Positions 1 to 14,014 of a stretch of 64,000 bases of DNA are shown here, in pieces. Under the pieces are notes generated by a model. It saw only the letters and a program-made list of their open reading frames with translations, was not told the DNA's origin and did no database searches. The DNA is from Chiloscyllium plagiosum. Lineage: Eukaryota. The stretch lies in NCBI RefSeq assembly GCF_004010195.1, contig NC_057757.1:2050985-2114984 (forward strand), written 5' to 3'. Each line of letters opens with the position of its first letter. Positions within the stretch are counted from its first letter, which is position 1. The translations under genes were made by a program, and so were the position numbers.

Positions 1-627
1 TGCAATGCATTTGGTATAGTTAGACCCATACTACTGTTAGGAAAAGAGTTCCAGGATTTTGACCCAGCGACACTGAAGGAACTGCAACATTTCTAAGTCA
101 GGATGATGTGTGGTTTGGAGGGGAGCTTGCAGGGGTTTGGTGTTCCTATGTATCTGCTACCCATTACCTTCTAGATTGTAAAGGTCATGGGTTTGGAAAT
201 TTGGAACTTGAGGGCATCCAAAGCTCTGCTGGCCGTGTTGTTAATCCCAAGTCCTGTTTGTCCATTTGTCTCATGCTCACTGAGCTAATGGCTCCTGGTT
301 ATGCCAAATCTGGATTTCAAAATTCTCACCCTTGCATTTTTAAAAATCCCTCCAGAGCTTTGCCCCTTCCCAACTCTGTAATCATCTCTAGCCCCACAGC
401 TCTCCAACATCTCTTTGATCTTCTAATTCTAGCCTGTTGACCAGCTCTGATTTCCATTGCTCTGTCACTGGAAGCTCTACCTTCAACTGTCTGGATCCTA
501 AGTTTGGAATTCCCTCCCTAAACCACTTGGGATCTCTGTCTTTCTTTAAGAAACTGGGTAAAACCTTTTTGTCTTTGACAAATCTTTTGTTTATCTGTCC
601 TAATGCCTCCTCGGGTGGTTTGATGTG

Positions 628-1610
628 AATGTGGAAGTGGGAGGTCATCCATTTTGCTAGGAATAACACAAAATGGACTATTATTTCAATGGTGAAAAAT
701 TGGGGAAGGTTGCTGCGCAGAGGGACCTTGGCATCCATGTGAATGAATCACAGAAGGTTAGTTTGGAGGTGTAGCAGGTAATTAAGAAGGCAAATGGAAT
801 GGTGTCCTTCATTGCTACAGGGATTTCAAAACAGGAAGGTTATACTGCAGCTGTATAGGGTGCTAGTGAGGCCACGTCTGGAGTACTGTGTACAGTTTTG
901 GTCTCCTTACTTGAAGAAAGTGAGGACTGCAGATGCTGGAGACCAGAGTTCAAAAGTGTGGTGCTGGAAAAGCGCAGCAGGCCAGGCGGCATCCGAGGAG
1001 CAGGAGAATTGATGTTTCGGGCATAAGCCCTTCTTCAGGAGTGAGGTTGGTGTGCCAAGCGGGCTGAGATAAAAGGTGGGGGTGGGGGGGAGGAATTTAG
1101 TACTGGAGGGAGTGCAGGGGAGGTTCACTCGATTGATTCCGGAGTTGAGAGGGTTGGCTCATGAGGAGGGATTGAACAGACTGGGACTATACTCATTGGA
1201 ATTTAGAACAATGAGAGAGGGATCTTATAGAAACACATAAAATTATGAAGGGAATTGACAAAATAGAAGTTTGGAAGTTGTTTACACTGGCGGGTGAAAC
1301 TAGAACTGGGGGCATAGCCTCAAATAAAGGGGGAGCAGATTTAGGACTGAGTAGAGGAGGAATTTCTTCACCCAAAAGGTTGTGAATCGGTGGAATTCCC
1401 CTGCCCAGTGAGGCAGTTGAGACTACCCCAGTGAATATTTTTAAGGCACAGACAGATTTTTGAACAGTAAAGGAATTAAGGGTTAGGGTGAACAGGTTAG
1501 GGTGAGTGGAGCTAAGTCCATGAAAAGATAAGCCATGATCTTATTGAATGGTGGAGCAGGCTGGTGGGGCCAGATGGCCTACTCCTGCTCCTATTTCTGA
1601 TGTTCTTATG
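628..1610 (+). mobile_element. CR1 LINE 3' fragment
   Basis: [20 protein letters not shown] and RRNFFTQ motifs. Confidence 0.85.
918..1090 (-). mobile_element. Short PLE-type repeat inserted into a CR1 copy
   Basis: Same family as the copies near 10140, 17350-17790, 25945, 40770 and 45760; hammerhead-like CTGAAGA...GAAA at 1011-1038 on the minus strand. Confidence 0.65.
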
Positions 1611-2609
1611 ATGTCATATTTCATTTCATAATCCTCCTTTCAAGCACTTTAGGACATTTTATTACATCAATGATCGTGTACAAATACAGGTTGTTGCTGA
1701 GCTAGAGGAGAATGCAATAATTGGGAAGGATTGAGGCCATGCAGTGATATTAAAAAATAAGAATTGTGTATCTACCTGTTATAATGTCAGAAATGGTGCA
1801 GTAAATTTGCATACAGCCAGCCTTCGCAAACAGCAATGAGATAATTGACCTGATGCTCTGTTTTCAGTGATATTGGTTGAGGGATATCTCTAGTATCCCT
1901 TCAAACAGTTGAGTAAAAGTGGTCAACAGCAGACCACACATATGCAAGGCTTGTTAAGATTAGATATTGAAGGTAGCAGTCTGTCGCTAGAGGACGTAGA
2001 AAGCAATCTTGTGGTGCAGTGGTAGTGTCCCTACCTCTCGGCCAGAAGCTCTGGGTTCAAGTCCCACCTCAACATAAGCTGTGTCACACGTTCACAGAGG
2101 CTGGTTAACTAAAACAGAGCAAGTCAGGTGGAGGAAGTGGGTGTGTGCAGAATTCAGTATGTTGGCATGGCGAGGTTAGAAGATTTTGGAATTCTGGGAT
2201 GAAATGGATTAACTTGGTGGGTTTACTTTCTCTGGAAGTGCATTACAGAGGTGTTAATATTTGTAAGATCTTTTTTCTTCCAATGGGCCTCTCTAACTCT
2301 CCAAGCTCATACAGTTCGCTGAACCTGTTCAGCCAAACAATTAAAACGGGACTGTTGTGTTTCTCAAATCCATCCACCCAGTTGAGAACAAAAAAGGTTG
2401 GTGTTGAAACACATTTCTGCCCTATCCCGATGCAGCACTTTCTTTTTGAGAGGTGTTTCCAGATTTCCAGTATGGTTTGTCAGAAGAGATGCTTCCTGAC
2501 TTTAACCCTGGATGACCTGGCTCTTATTTTAAAATAATGAACCTACTTCTCTGAATGTTCCTTCTACAACAAATGACCCCATATCCTGTATGTCTCCACC
2601 ACCCCCCAC

Positions 2610-4810
2610 AGAGATGTACAGCATAGAAACAGACCCTTCACTTCAACTTTTCCATGCCAACTAGGTATCCTAAATTTATCTAGTCCCATTGCCAGCATTT
2701 GGCCCATATCCCTCCAAATCCTCCTGTTCATATACCCAACCAGATGCCTTCTAAATTTTTTTATCATTAGATTAGATTTTCTACAGTGTGGAAACAGGCT
2801 CTTCAGCCCAACAAATCCACACTGACCCTCCGAAGAGTAACCCACACAGACCCTTTTCCCTCTGACTAATGCACCTAACACTATAGGCAATTGAGCACGG
2901 CCAATTCACTTGACCTATACATCTTTGGACTGTGGGAGGAAACGCAGACACATGGAGAATGTGCAAACTCTACAGGAATTGAACCTAGGCGCTGTGAGGT
3001 AACAGTGCTAACCACTGAGCCACCTGCCTCTACCACTTCCTCTGGCAGCTCATTCCACACATACACCACCTTCCGCATGAAAATGTTACACCTTAGGTCC
3101 CTTTTAAATTTTTCCCCTCTCACCATAAACCTAGACTCTATAGTTTTGGACTCCTCTACCCTGGGAAAAAGACCTTGTTTGTTTACACTATTCATGACCC
3201 CTCATGATTTTATAAACCTCTATAAGGTCACACCTCAACCTCCAACAGTCCAGAGAAAATAGCCCCAGCCAATTCAGCCTCTCCTTAAAACTCAAAACAT
3301 TTTCTCTCTGCCTACTCTTCTGACTCAGCGAGAATGGTGCTCAACGACACACCCGAGATAAAAGAGTGGGAGGAACAAGAGGAAAGTTGCATGATTTATT
3401 TTGAGCAGTTGTCATCTGGCTATTCATGAAAACTTAATAAACATGCTGTGCACATGGGACTGAATCACAAGATTCTGGATTTGAATCTCACCCTGCATCA
3501 TTGGAGACACGGTATCTCAGAACATGTGACAACAATAAATCAAACACAATAAACTGAAACTACTGTCTTTCAGATGAGATGTAAAACCGAAAGCCCAGTT
3601 CCAGGGGGTTTAAAAAATCTCATTGTTCCTTTTGGAAAACTAAGAAAACCTAGGGGAGTGGGAACCAGTCACCCTCTCAAAAGAATTTGGGAAAAAACAG
3701 AAATCGCAGGAGAAACTCAGCAGATCTGGCAGCATCTGTGGAGAGAGAGTAACAGAGTTAACATTTTGAGTCCAGTGACCTTTACAGTATCACACAGCAC
3801 TGAAGCATACCTTTCAGCTCAACTCAACCACGCTGACCAGCATTTGGCCCATAGCCCTCGAAACCCTCCCTATTCATATACCCATCTCAATGCCTTTTAA
3901 ATGTTGTAATTGTACCAGCCTCCACCACTTCGTCTGACAGCTCATTCCATACACACACCACTCTCTGCATGAAAAAGATCCCCCTCAGGTCCCTTTTAAA
4001 TCTTTCCCCTCTCACCTTAAACCTATGCCCATTAATTTTGGATTCCCCCACCCAAGGAAAAACACCCTGGCTATTCACCCCACCCATGCCTGTCATGATT
4101 TTATAAACCTCTACAAGGTCACCCTTCAGTCCATGACACTAACCCATCCAGTCTTTTCCTGCAGCTCAAAACACTCATGCTATTAGATTTAGATTAGATT
4201 CCCTACAGTGTGGAAACACGCCCTTCAGCCCAACAAGTCCACACCGACCCTCCGAACCGCAACCCACCCAGACCCATTCCCCTACATTCACCCCTAATTA
4301 ATCCACCTAACACCAAGGGCAATTTAGCACAGCCAATTCACCTGACCTGCACATCTTTGGACTGTGGGAGGAAACTGAAGCACTCAGAGGAAAGCCACAC
4401 AGACACGGGGAGAACGTGCAAACTCCACACAGACAGTTGCCCGAGGTGGGAATTGAACCCGGGTCCCTGGCGCTATGAGGCAGCAGTAGCCGCCCCTCCA
4501 GTCCCAGTAACATCCTTATAAATCTTTACTGCACCCTCTCAAGTTTAACATCTCTCCTATAGAAGGAAGACTAAAATTGTATGCAGTATTCCAAACGGGG
4601 CCTCACCAAGGTCCTATACAACTGCAACATGATACCCTAACTCCTATACTCCATGTTATGACCAATGAAGGCTAGTATACCAAATCCCTTTTTCACCAGC
4701 CCGTCTACCTGCGACTCCACTTCTAAGAAACCATGCTCCTGTACCGCTAGGTCTCTTTGTTGGCAAAATTCCCCAGGGTCCTACTATTAACTGTAGATGC
4801 CCTGCCCTGA
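2610..4810 (-). mobile_element. Two CR1 3' fragments (about 2610-3295 and 3785-4810), each interrupted by a SINE
   Basis: GLFPRVEESK/FKVRGERFKRDLRG/WNELPEEVVEAG motifs; SINEs at about 2765-3022 and 4183-4490. Confidence 0.85.
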
Positions 4811-5259
4811 TGTTCTTCAGGACTGGGACACTGGGATTGAAACTTATAAATCTGCTTTCTCTCCACAAATGCTTCTGGCCGGGTGAGTTTCTCCAGCAAT
4901 ATCTTCAGCACCCCGCAGTTTTCGGTTTTGTTTCGGAAATGGACTGGGATCTTGCTGTATGGGGATCTTCACCGATTGTGGAAGTGCTGTGAGATATGCA
5001 ATGTTCTGCTGTAGAGACGTGAAACTCGCCAAGATATAATGGAAGGATAGAATCCCTAGACGTAGGGAAGGAGGCTGTTTGGTCCATCGAATCCAATAAC
5101 ATTAACCATCCGTAGAGCATCCCTCCACCCAACCCCATCCAGGTGCATGGCCAATTCACCAAGACTGGTGAAAACCCACAGTACCCCGGAGGCTGGAACC
5201 GAACCCATAACCCTGGCGTTGTAAAGCACAGCCGCTAACCACTGAACCAACGAGTCCAC

Positions 5260-5782
5260 AAACGGTGGCCCTGAGACTTTGAGAGATCAGGGAACGTCGA
5301 CCAATGACGTCATTACGCACGCCAACCTCCCTGCCCCGACCCCGCCTCCTTTTTGCAACGGCAGCACGGGGCGCGCCTCCTACCGCCCGTGGAACCTTAC
5401 CTGTCAGGGCGTGTGACGTCACCACGCGCCGCCGCGCACATCGCTGCGGGGCTGCGCACCGGACCGGCGCGCGTTGGCGTGGGGTCAGCTGCCCTCCGCA
5501 GGAATGTGCCGGAACAGCAGGATGGAAACTTAGCAACCGTGCGGCGGCGCCAGCCAGCTTCTCGTCGACCCCCCCGCTCCCCCCCACCAGCAACCAACGA
5601 GACCAGCCCCCCCCCCCACCACCCGTCATATATCGCATTAATAAGCCTCGAAAACAACATGGACGAACATCGGAGCGACACGACGGTTTGATTCCCCGAA
5701 GGACTCATACGGGCGGGGAGCCCCAGCCTCCCCCTCTCCTCTCCGTCGAGGCGCTCCTCCCCCGCCGGCTGAAAATTGGTGC
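5260..5782. promoter_or_regulatory. CpG-island promoter of an unidentified gene
   Basis: CpG-dense and GC-rich. CCAAT at 5301-5305, full CRE TGACGTCA at 5305-5312 and 5414-5421, GC box, RFX-like half site TAGCAAC near 5531; minus-strand donor CAG|gtaagg at 5401. Abuts the assembly gap. Confidence 0.75.
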
Positions 5783-6282
5783 NNNNNNNNNNNNNNNNNN
5801 NNNNNNNNNNNNNNNNNNNNNNNNNNNNNNNNNNNNNNNNNNNNNNNNNNNNNNNNNNNNNNNNNNNNNNNNNNNNNNNNNNNNNNNNNNNNNNNNNNNN
5901 NNNNNNNNNNNNNNNNNNNNNNNNNNNNNNNNNNNNNNNNNNNNNNNNNNNNNNNNNNNNNNNNNNNNNNNNNNNNNNNNNNNNNNNNNNNNNNNNNNNN
6001 NNNNNNNNNNNNNNNNNNNNNNNNNNNNNNNNNNNNNNNNNNNNNNNNNNNNNNNNNNNNNNNNNNNNNNNNNNNNNNNNNNNNNNNNNNNNNNNNNNNN
6101 NNNNNNNNNNNNNNNNNNNNNNNNNNNNNNNNNNNNNNNNNNNNNNNNNNNNNNNNNNNNNNNNNNNNNNNNNNNNNNNNNNNNNNNNNNNNNNNNNNNN
6201 NNNNNNNNNNNNNNNNNNNNNNNNNNNNNNNNNNNNNNNNNNNNNNNNNNNNNNNNNNNNNNNNNNNNNNNNNNNNNNNNNN
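5783..6282. other. Assembly gap (others at 30831-31052 and 36406-36725)
   Basis: Runs of N. Confidence 1.
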
Positions 6283-6744
6283 ACTCACTGTCTGTTTGCG
6301 AAGACAAGGGTTCCGACGCAGTTCTTTCTGCAAGTTGCTGTACTGAGTGTAAAGCTGTGTCAGCAGACTGATGCACCTCGTTACCCTTCGGTTAATAAGT
6401 CAACTGCTCGAGTCTCAAGGCAGCCACTGACAGGAGGGCTCAGCTCCCACAGCAGCCTGTCTCCCTACCTGTTCAATCCTTGCCCCAGTACCACCACCAT
6501 TACACTGTTCACCCCCTTACCCAAGTGGTCTGCAATACTGAACTCAGGCCCATCTCCACAGAGGCAGTGGTTTGACCAGGGTGGTAGTGTCCCCACCTCT
6601 GAGCCAGGACGTCCAGATGATGTGTCGTTATCCACCTTGCCAGATTGATTTAAAAACATCTACAATTCAGCCAGTCCGCATGATTTGAGTACAGGATGAG
6701 TGAAGAGTTGCTTGGAGATTTTAGCAGTCCGGTCAGTTAAGAGC

Positions 6745-7440
6745 ATAGAACATAGAATGTTACAGCGCAGCACAGGCCCTTCAGCCCTCGATGTTGCACC
6801 GACCTGTGATAATTACCTGATGCCCATCTAACCTACACATTCCATTTTTCTCCATATGTACGTCCAGTGCCCATTTAAATGCCCTTAACGTCGGCGATTC
6901 TGCTACTGTTGCAGGTAGGCCATTCGATGCCTCTACTACTCTCTGAGTAAATAAATTATCTCGGGTATCTGTTATATAATATATATATATCACCCCTCAA
7001 TTTAAAGCTATATCCCATCGTGTTAGCTATCACCATCCAAGGAAAAAGACTCTCACTGTCCACCCTATCTAACGCTCTGATTATCGTATACGCCTTGATT
7101 AAGTCACTTCTTGGCCTTCTTCTCTCCAACAAAAACAGCCTCAGTTCCCTCAGCCTTTCCTCATAAGACCTTCCCTCCATACCAGGCAACATCTCAGTAA
7201 ATCTCCTCTGAACCCTTTTAAAAGCTTCCACATCCTTCCCATAATGCGGTGACCAGATCTGTACGCAATACTCCAGGTGCAGCCTTACCAGTGTCTTGTG
7301 CAGCTGAAGCATGACCTCGTGGCTCCGAAACCTAATCCCCCTACCAATAAACGCCAACACAACATATGCCTTCTTAACAACTCTATCAACCTGGGTGGCA
7401 ACTTTCAGGGATTTATGCACCTGGACACCGAGATCTCTGT
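6745..7440 (-). mobile_element. CR1 LINE 3' fragment
   Basis: DLGVQVHKSLK...LEYCVQIWSPH...RVQRRFT. Confidence 0.88.
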
Positions 7441-7898
7441 ATATAGCGAATTTTGAGAAGATTTGTAGCTCAGGTTGAGGTTCTGGATGTAGGTTTGCTG
7501 ACTGAGCTGGAAGGTCCATCTCCAGACGCTTTGCCACCCCACTAGGTAACATCTCCAGTGGGCCCCAGGCAAAGCAGTGCACATGACCCCCGCCTTCCAC
7601 CTACATGCCTGGGATGTCACCTACCGCCCCCCCCCCCATCAGGGGGTGGCAAATGGGGCCCAACCCGATGCGTTCGTCGACAGAGCCCTGGCTGGAATGC
7701 CACGCTTCCAGGAATTCTCATGCGTGTCTCTGTTTGGCTTGTCCTAAGATTGATGTGATGTCCCAGTCGAAGTGGTGTCCTTCCTTATCTGTATGTAAGG
7801 ATACTAGTGAGAGAGGGTCATGTCGTTATGTGGCTAGTTGGTGTTCATGTATCCTGGTGGCTAGTTTTCTGCCTGTTGTCCAATATAGTGTTTGTGTA
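7441..7898 (-). mobile_element. Penelope-like element 3' fragment (degenerate GIY-YIG)
   Basis: Reverse strand reads KHYIGQ/TGRKLATRIHEHQLAT*RHDPLSLVSLH...HHFDW; terminal sequence homologous to the right end of the 61.5 kb element. Confidence 0.8.
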
Positions 7899-8239
7899 GA
7901 CCTGTACCCCGGAGTGCTGCTTTGGTCTCTTTATCTCAGGAACTACATTATTGCCACAAAGGGAGCACTGAAGGTCTACCAGGGATGGAGGGATTTGCCT
8001 TATGGAGAGGGATTGCATAAACTCGTCCTGTTGTTCTCTAGAATTTCAAAGAATGAGAGGTGATCTCCCTGAAATTTGCAAAATATTTAAAAGGACTGAC
8101 AGGCGATAGAATCCCTACGGTATGGATAGAGGCTATTTGGCCTACACCAATTCTCAAAGAGCATCTCAGCCAACCCTCTACTTGTAACTCTGCATTACCC
8201 TTGGCTAACCCACCTAGTCTGCATATCCCTGGTCAATAC

Positions 8240-8938
8240 ACAATAGACAATAGACAATAGACAATAGGTGCAGGAGTAGGCCATTCTGCCCTTCGAGCCA
8301 GCACCACCATTCATTATGATCATGGCTGATCATCCTCAGTCAGTATCCTGTTCCTGCCTTATCCCCATAACCCTTGATTCCACCATCCTTAAGAGCTCTA
8401 TCCAACTCTTTCTTGAAAGTATCCAGAGACTGGGCCTCCACTGCCCTCTGGGGCAGAGCATTCCATACACCCACCACTCTCTGGGTGAAGAAGTTTCTCC
8501 TTATCTCTGTTCTAAGTGGCCAACCCCTTATTTTTAAACTGTGTCCTCTGGTTCGGGATTCATCCATCAGCGGAAACATGCTTCCTGCCTCCAGAGTGTC
8601 CAATCCTTTAATAATCTTATACGTCTCAATCAGATCCCCTCTCAGTCTTCTAAACTCAAGGGTATACAAGTCCAGTCGCTCCAATCTTTCAGCGTAAGAT
8701 AGTCCCATCATTCCGGGAATTGACCTCGTGAACCTACGCTGCACTCCCACAATAGCCAGAATGTCTTTCCTCAAATACCACGGGACAATTTGAGGTTGAC
8801 CAATCCACCTGGACTGTGGGAGGAAACCAGAGCAGACACCAGGAGAACATGCAAACTCCACACAGACAGTCGCCTGAGGGTGGAATCGAACCCAGGTCCC
8901 TGGCACCGTGAGGCAGCAGTGCTAACCACTGAGCCGCC
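8240..8938 (-). mobile_element. CR1 3' end with (CTATTGT)n tail, adjoining a SINE 5' part (8776-8938)
   Basis: VQRRFTRSIPGM...LRGDLIETYKI...RRNFFTQRVV; tandem caataga at 8240-8266. Confidence 0.88.
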
Positions 8939-10309
8939 AAGTTGGCACTGAGCTGCAGATGTGGGTTGCTGCTGGTAAAATGTTGCCTCCTGTTCGGTGA
9001 GTCCAGAATTCAAAAATAAGCGGATGCCACTCAGGTCGAGATGAGGAGAAAAGATTTAACTCAGATGGGCTGTGAATGTTTAGAGTTCTCACCCACAGAG
9101 AGGGCTGTGAACGCGCAGTCTAAGGATGGATCACGTAAGGGTTCACTGCATTATTGCTGTTTCTCAGTGGGATGTTAAACTGAGGCCCCATCACATCTCA
9201 GTCAGGGACACAATCGAATTGCTGACCCTATTGTGGGGGTCAAGTCCTGGGCCAAAGTCGACCACCAAATAAGTAGGCGATCTCTTGACTATGGCACCTG
9301 CAACGTGAATTAGCTGCCCAGTTTCCTACCTGAAATGGGAACCAAAAGTAATCCAATGGCCAAAAAGCAGCCAAGATTGTCCTGAGGTTGTTAAAGGCAC
9401 TACAGAAATTCAAGCCCTTTCTTTGCTTCGTGAAGAAGTTTCTCGAGATCGCTTTTGTAAATGGCTCCCCTTATCACCACACTTTAATTCCTGTCAATTC
9501 GCCTTTAGCGAGTCAACCTACACCAGGCAACGTTCTCTATCAATACCCTGCCCTCACCTTAGACTGAACATAAAGGGACCCCTTAAAATAAAAATGGCTT
9601 GTTCTTTCATTCTGGAATGTTCCAGTCAGAAGCTAATCCTACCCGTTCCCAGAAGCCAAGGGTAAACCACCAAACGTCCAACTCTCATCGCCTCCCCCAA
9701 TACCCCCAACCGCAATGCGACTTCAGTTTAACATCTCACCTTTAAGTGGTACTTCTGACAGTATGGCATTCCCTCAGTACTGCAGCAGGAATGTCAGCCT
9801 GCACTTTACGCTCGCATCCCCGTGTGTGGGGGTTTTGTGGGATTGACCTCAACAGCAGATCCAGGTTCACAGGAATTCTCCCCAGGTCACCAAGTAGGTG
9901 CAATATTCATGTTTTGGCTTTGCCTGGAATGCTGTCTTGGGTAACAGAATGATGCCAAAAGTGTGGGTTCAATCCCTGCACTGGCTGATGTTCCATGACA
10001 GACTCTCTTTCTGCAGTCTCTACCTGGGTGACCCTCAGGTTACACCCCCACTGGTTACCTCTGTCTAATGAGGTAGCACTATGGTGACCTAATGGTAGGG
10101 TCCTGGGGAGTGTTACTGGACAAACGACCTTAGGGCAGGAAAATCGACGTTTCGGGCAAATGCCCTTTATCTGAAACGTCGATTTTTGCCTGAAACATCG
10201 ACTCTCCTGCTCTTCGGATGCTGCCTGACCTGCTGTGCTTTTCCAGCACCACTCTAATCTCGAGTCTAATCTCCAGCATGTGCAGTACCCACTTCTGCCC
10301 AAAGAGACC

Positions 10310-10775
10310 AGGTTCATAGTTTCTTGAAGGTAGAGTCGCAGGTAGACAGGATGGTGAAGAAAGCATTTCCTACACTTGCCTTTATTGGTCAGTGCATTGA
10401 GTATAGGAGTTGGGAGGTCATGTTGCGGCTGTACAGGACATTGGTTAGGCTGTTTTTGGAATACCGCAATCAATTCTGGTCTCCCTGCGATAGGAAAGTT
10501 GTTGTGAAACTTGAAAGGGTGAGAGGGGAAAGATATAAAAGGGACTTAAGGAGCAACTTTTTCACGCAGAGGGTGGTGTGTGTGTGTGGAATGAGCTGCC
10601 AGAGGATGTGGTGGAGGCTGGTACAATTACAACATTTAAAAGGCATCTGGATTGGTAAATGAATAGGAAGGATTTACAGGGATATGGGCCAAATACTGGT
10701 AAATGGGACTAGATTAGTTTAGGATGTCGGGTCAGCATGGACAAGTTTCCATGTTGTACGTCTCTATGACTCTTT
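10310..10775 (+). mobile_element. CR1 3' fragment with internal deletion
   Basis: KVESQVDRMVKK...LYRTLVR...RDLRSNFFTQRVV. Confidence 0.85.
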
Positions 10776-11459
10776 GGCTTTGCCTTACAGGAGGGAGCTG
10801 GGACAATGCACCCTCTGCAGGCACCCTGAAGAATTGCAGTAAAATTATGGGCTCCCATCTCCTCTCAATCAATTCTGCGATTTGCCCCAGATTGTCCATT
10901 AAGAGGGAGTGAAGGGGATCATTCATGTTCCAAAGCTGATCAAATTCTCCTTTTGATTAAGTGCTTTTGTTTTGAAGAGTGGAACCTTGAAGGAAACATC
11001 ACTGAACCCAGTTGTAATGCTCCCATCATCTGTTTGGTTAGGGTTGTTAAACACTCTCTCAGCCTCATCTTTAACCTACCCGGCGACAGAGCCTGGAAGT
11101 GCAACAACCAAGTGGACTGGCTCTCATCAGAGACCCTCCATGAGTTACATTCACTCATATCTACCTTCCTTGACAATGCCTAGAGAGAAATAGCTCTTAA
11201 AGGGACCCCCCAGCTCAGAAATGCTTAAACTGACCCTTTAAAGGGGCCACCATCCATGTTCCTGCTAATAGGAGAGGGGAGAGTGGGATTATGATCATGA
11301 CCCCAGACCCTACTTGGCACCAGGATGTCCTCTGATGAGATTCAGCCCACCCTCCAGGGGCATTAATGCACCAGGTAGACCAAATTATCTTCAAACAGTG
11401 AGACCATTCCCATTTACCTGCTAGGCTAAGTATTTAAGTTGCACGTGGATGCTGCAGAA

Positions 11460-11955
11460 AATGCACACACACCGTCACAGAGGAGCAGAGACACAGACAG
11501 ACCCACGGACACACAGAAACAGAGACACAAATGTGCGCGCACACACAAAAACAGAGACATATACAAACACACACACAAACAGTCACACTCAGACACAGAC
11601 ACACAGAGATGGTCACACTCAGATTACACACACACACAGACACAGTCTCACACACACACACACACACAGACACAGTCTCACACACACACACACACACAGA
11701 CACAGTCTCACACACACAAGCCCACAGACACAGTCACAAACAGATAGACACCCACACACACACATACAGACACAGAGACACAAACACAGGGATACATGGA
11801 CACATAAGCCCACAGACACAGACAAACACAGGCGCAGAGAGTCACAGAGACATTGACGGATGTGGGAATAGACAGTAGAAGCAGAGGCAGAGAGATGAAG
11901 ACACTCAAACACAGACACACACAGGGTCAACCACATAATAGAGACAGACACACAA
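11460..11955 (+). repeat. Compound (CA)n/(GACA)n microsatellite
   Basis: Direct inspection. Confidence 0.9.
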
Positions 11956-11977
11956 TTAAAAACAGAGATAAACTCAC

Positions 11978-12356
11978 ATGAATATTGCAGCAACTGTGAA
12001 AATAAGCAATTGTGTTCGCCACCCACCTCTTGGTTCTTGCTTGTTTGCAGAAACTTTTAAGGAAGATTGTAAGGGAAGAGAATTGGCTGCTCAAGAGTGC
12101 ATTCCAGCTCCCTGCTCTGGACTCGAACATTCAGAGGGCTGTGCTCTCACTCCCTGGCTACTTGTCTCCCATCGCTCAACCTGTGATCGAATGAAAGTAA
12201 TCAGCTAAAAGCAGCACTCACTGTCTCTTTCTCTCTCAGTCCCTGTCCGTCCTTCCCACACCCTGACTTGCTGCTCACTGTTAAATGCTCTGCACAACAC
12301 AACAGCTGAGCATTTTGGTTCCCTTGCTTAACGCTTTAAACAAGCATTGGTTTATA
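11978..12356 (-). other. Candidate alternative first exon of the left-running gene (possible 51-codon start MFESRAGSW...CCNIH)
   Basis: Donor CAT|gtgagt at 11978, ATG at 12130 in phase 0, TATAAA (minus strand) at 12351-12356. No protein recognised. Confidence 0.3.
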
Positions 12357-12869
12357 AAGTCTTGTGAATGAAGTTGATCTCGGAGCAAAGGAGGTCGAGA
12401 GGGGAGCTGCAACGGGGGCGGACGAGATGATGGAGCGTTCGAGAAAAGGTGCAGGAAGCAAAGCTGTGCCCTCGAACTGATGGAAAAGGACTGGGAGGGA
12501 CACAAATCTCACAGTTTGGACTAGAGGTGCTGAGGGCAGATGGGAGGAAGAACTTTTATTGACATTGCGAGTGTTAATGGCCTGGAACCCCAAGAGAGGT
12601 TGGGAGCAGGGTGGCAGGAATGAAAGTGGAGATGGTGAATGATTTTGACAGAAAACTTGGAGGGGCACTTGAGGGAAATGAACTGTATGGGGAAACAGTG
12701 ATTGATTGAAATAGTATGGAACTGACTGGATTGCTCTGCTAGAGAGAGCTAGAAAAGATTTGATGGGCTGAGTGGCCTCCATCATGACACTACGTTATTA
12801 CACTAGACTACACGACATTACTACCTTGGGATTCAGGTAAATAATTCTTTGACATTTGCATCACATATA

Positions 12870-13590
12870 AAGTGGGTGGTTATGAGGGTGTTTGGCAAGC
12901 TTCCCTTCATCGCTCAGCCCTTTGAGTACAGGACTTGGGACGTCATGCTGAGGTTGTACAGGACATTGGTGAGGCCTGTTCTGGAGCACTGTGTCCAGTT
13001 CTGGTCACCCTGTTATAGAAAGGACATTATTAAACTGGAGAGGGTTCAGAAGAGATTTACCAGCAAGTCCAGTTCTAAGGGAGCGTCACTGGACCAGAAA
13101 CATTAACTCTGCCATGCCTGCTGACTTTTTCCACCAATATCTTCTTTTGTTTCTGATTTACAGCATCCGCAGTTCTTTCAGTTTTTATTTACCAAGATGT
13201 TGCCAGGGAAGGGAGGGCTTGAGATAATAAAAAATAAACTGGGAAAGCTGGGACTTTTCTCACTGGTGTGTAGGAGGTTACAGAGGTTTACAAAATCACA
13301 TGGGGGGCATAGATAAGGTGAATGGCAGGTGTCTTTTCCCGAGGCTGGAGAATTTCAAGTCAAGGCATTTATTTAAGGTGAGAGGAGAAAGACTTAAAAA
13401 GGACACTAGGGGTAAATATTTTACACAGTGAGTGGTTCGTGTGTGGATGTGGGTTCAGTTACAACTTTTAAAAGACATCTGGATAAGTCCATGAATAGGA
13501 AAGGTTTGGGCCAGGAGGGACTAGTTTAGTTTGGGATTATGGTTGGCATCGACTGGTTGGACCGAAGGGTCTGTGTGACTCAATGACTCT
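12870..13590 (+). mobile_element. CR1 3' fragment interrupted by a short repeat (about 13065-13190)
   Basis: LYRTLVRPVLEHCVQFWSP...LERVQKRFT; CR1 resumes at accaagatgttgcc. Confidence 0.8.
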
Positions 13591-14014
13591 ACAATCTAAG
13601 AAAAAGGCTTGCAAACCTCCCAATTCACAAATACGCAGAATGGTTACAGCACGCAGGAGGCTATTCAGCCCAGCTTGTTTGTACCAGCTCTTCAAATGAA
13701 CTTCATTACCTAATGCAATTTTTTTCCCACACTTCCGGACTCTGCATTCCAGATTCTGGAAGAGTTTTCTCTTCCATCCCATTTCTGAATCCTTCTCGGT
13801 ATTCATTGACACACAGAACATGAATAATGACTTTTCTTTTGTGACTGAACACTCTCCCCTCACCAAAGGAAACAAATTCTTCTACTCAGACAAACTTCTC
13901 GAGAGTAATTTGAACTTTGTGTAAAGGGTTTTAAGAGCTAAGGTCAATAGGTAAGTGGGAGCAGTATACAGATCAGACTGGTAGGATAGGCTCATGGGGT
14001 TGAATGGCCTGTCT

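Noticed and set aside
5304..6648. Long ORFs across the CpG island and gap
   Set aside because: They are artefacts of high GC content and N runs, with no recognisable protein.
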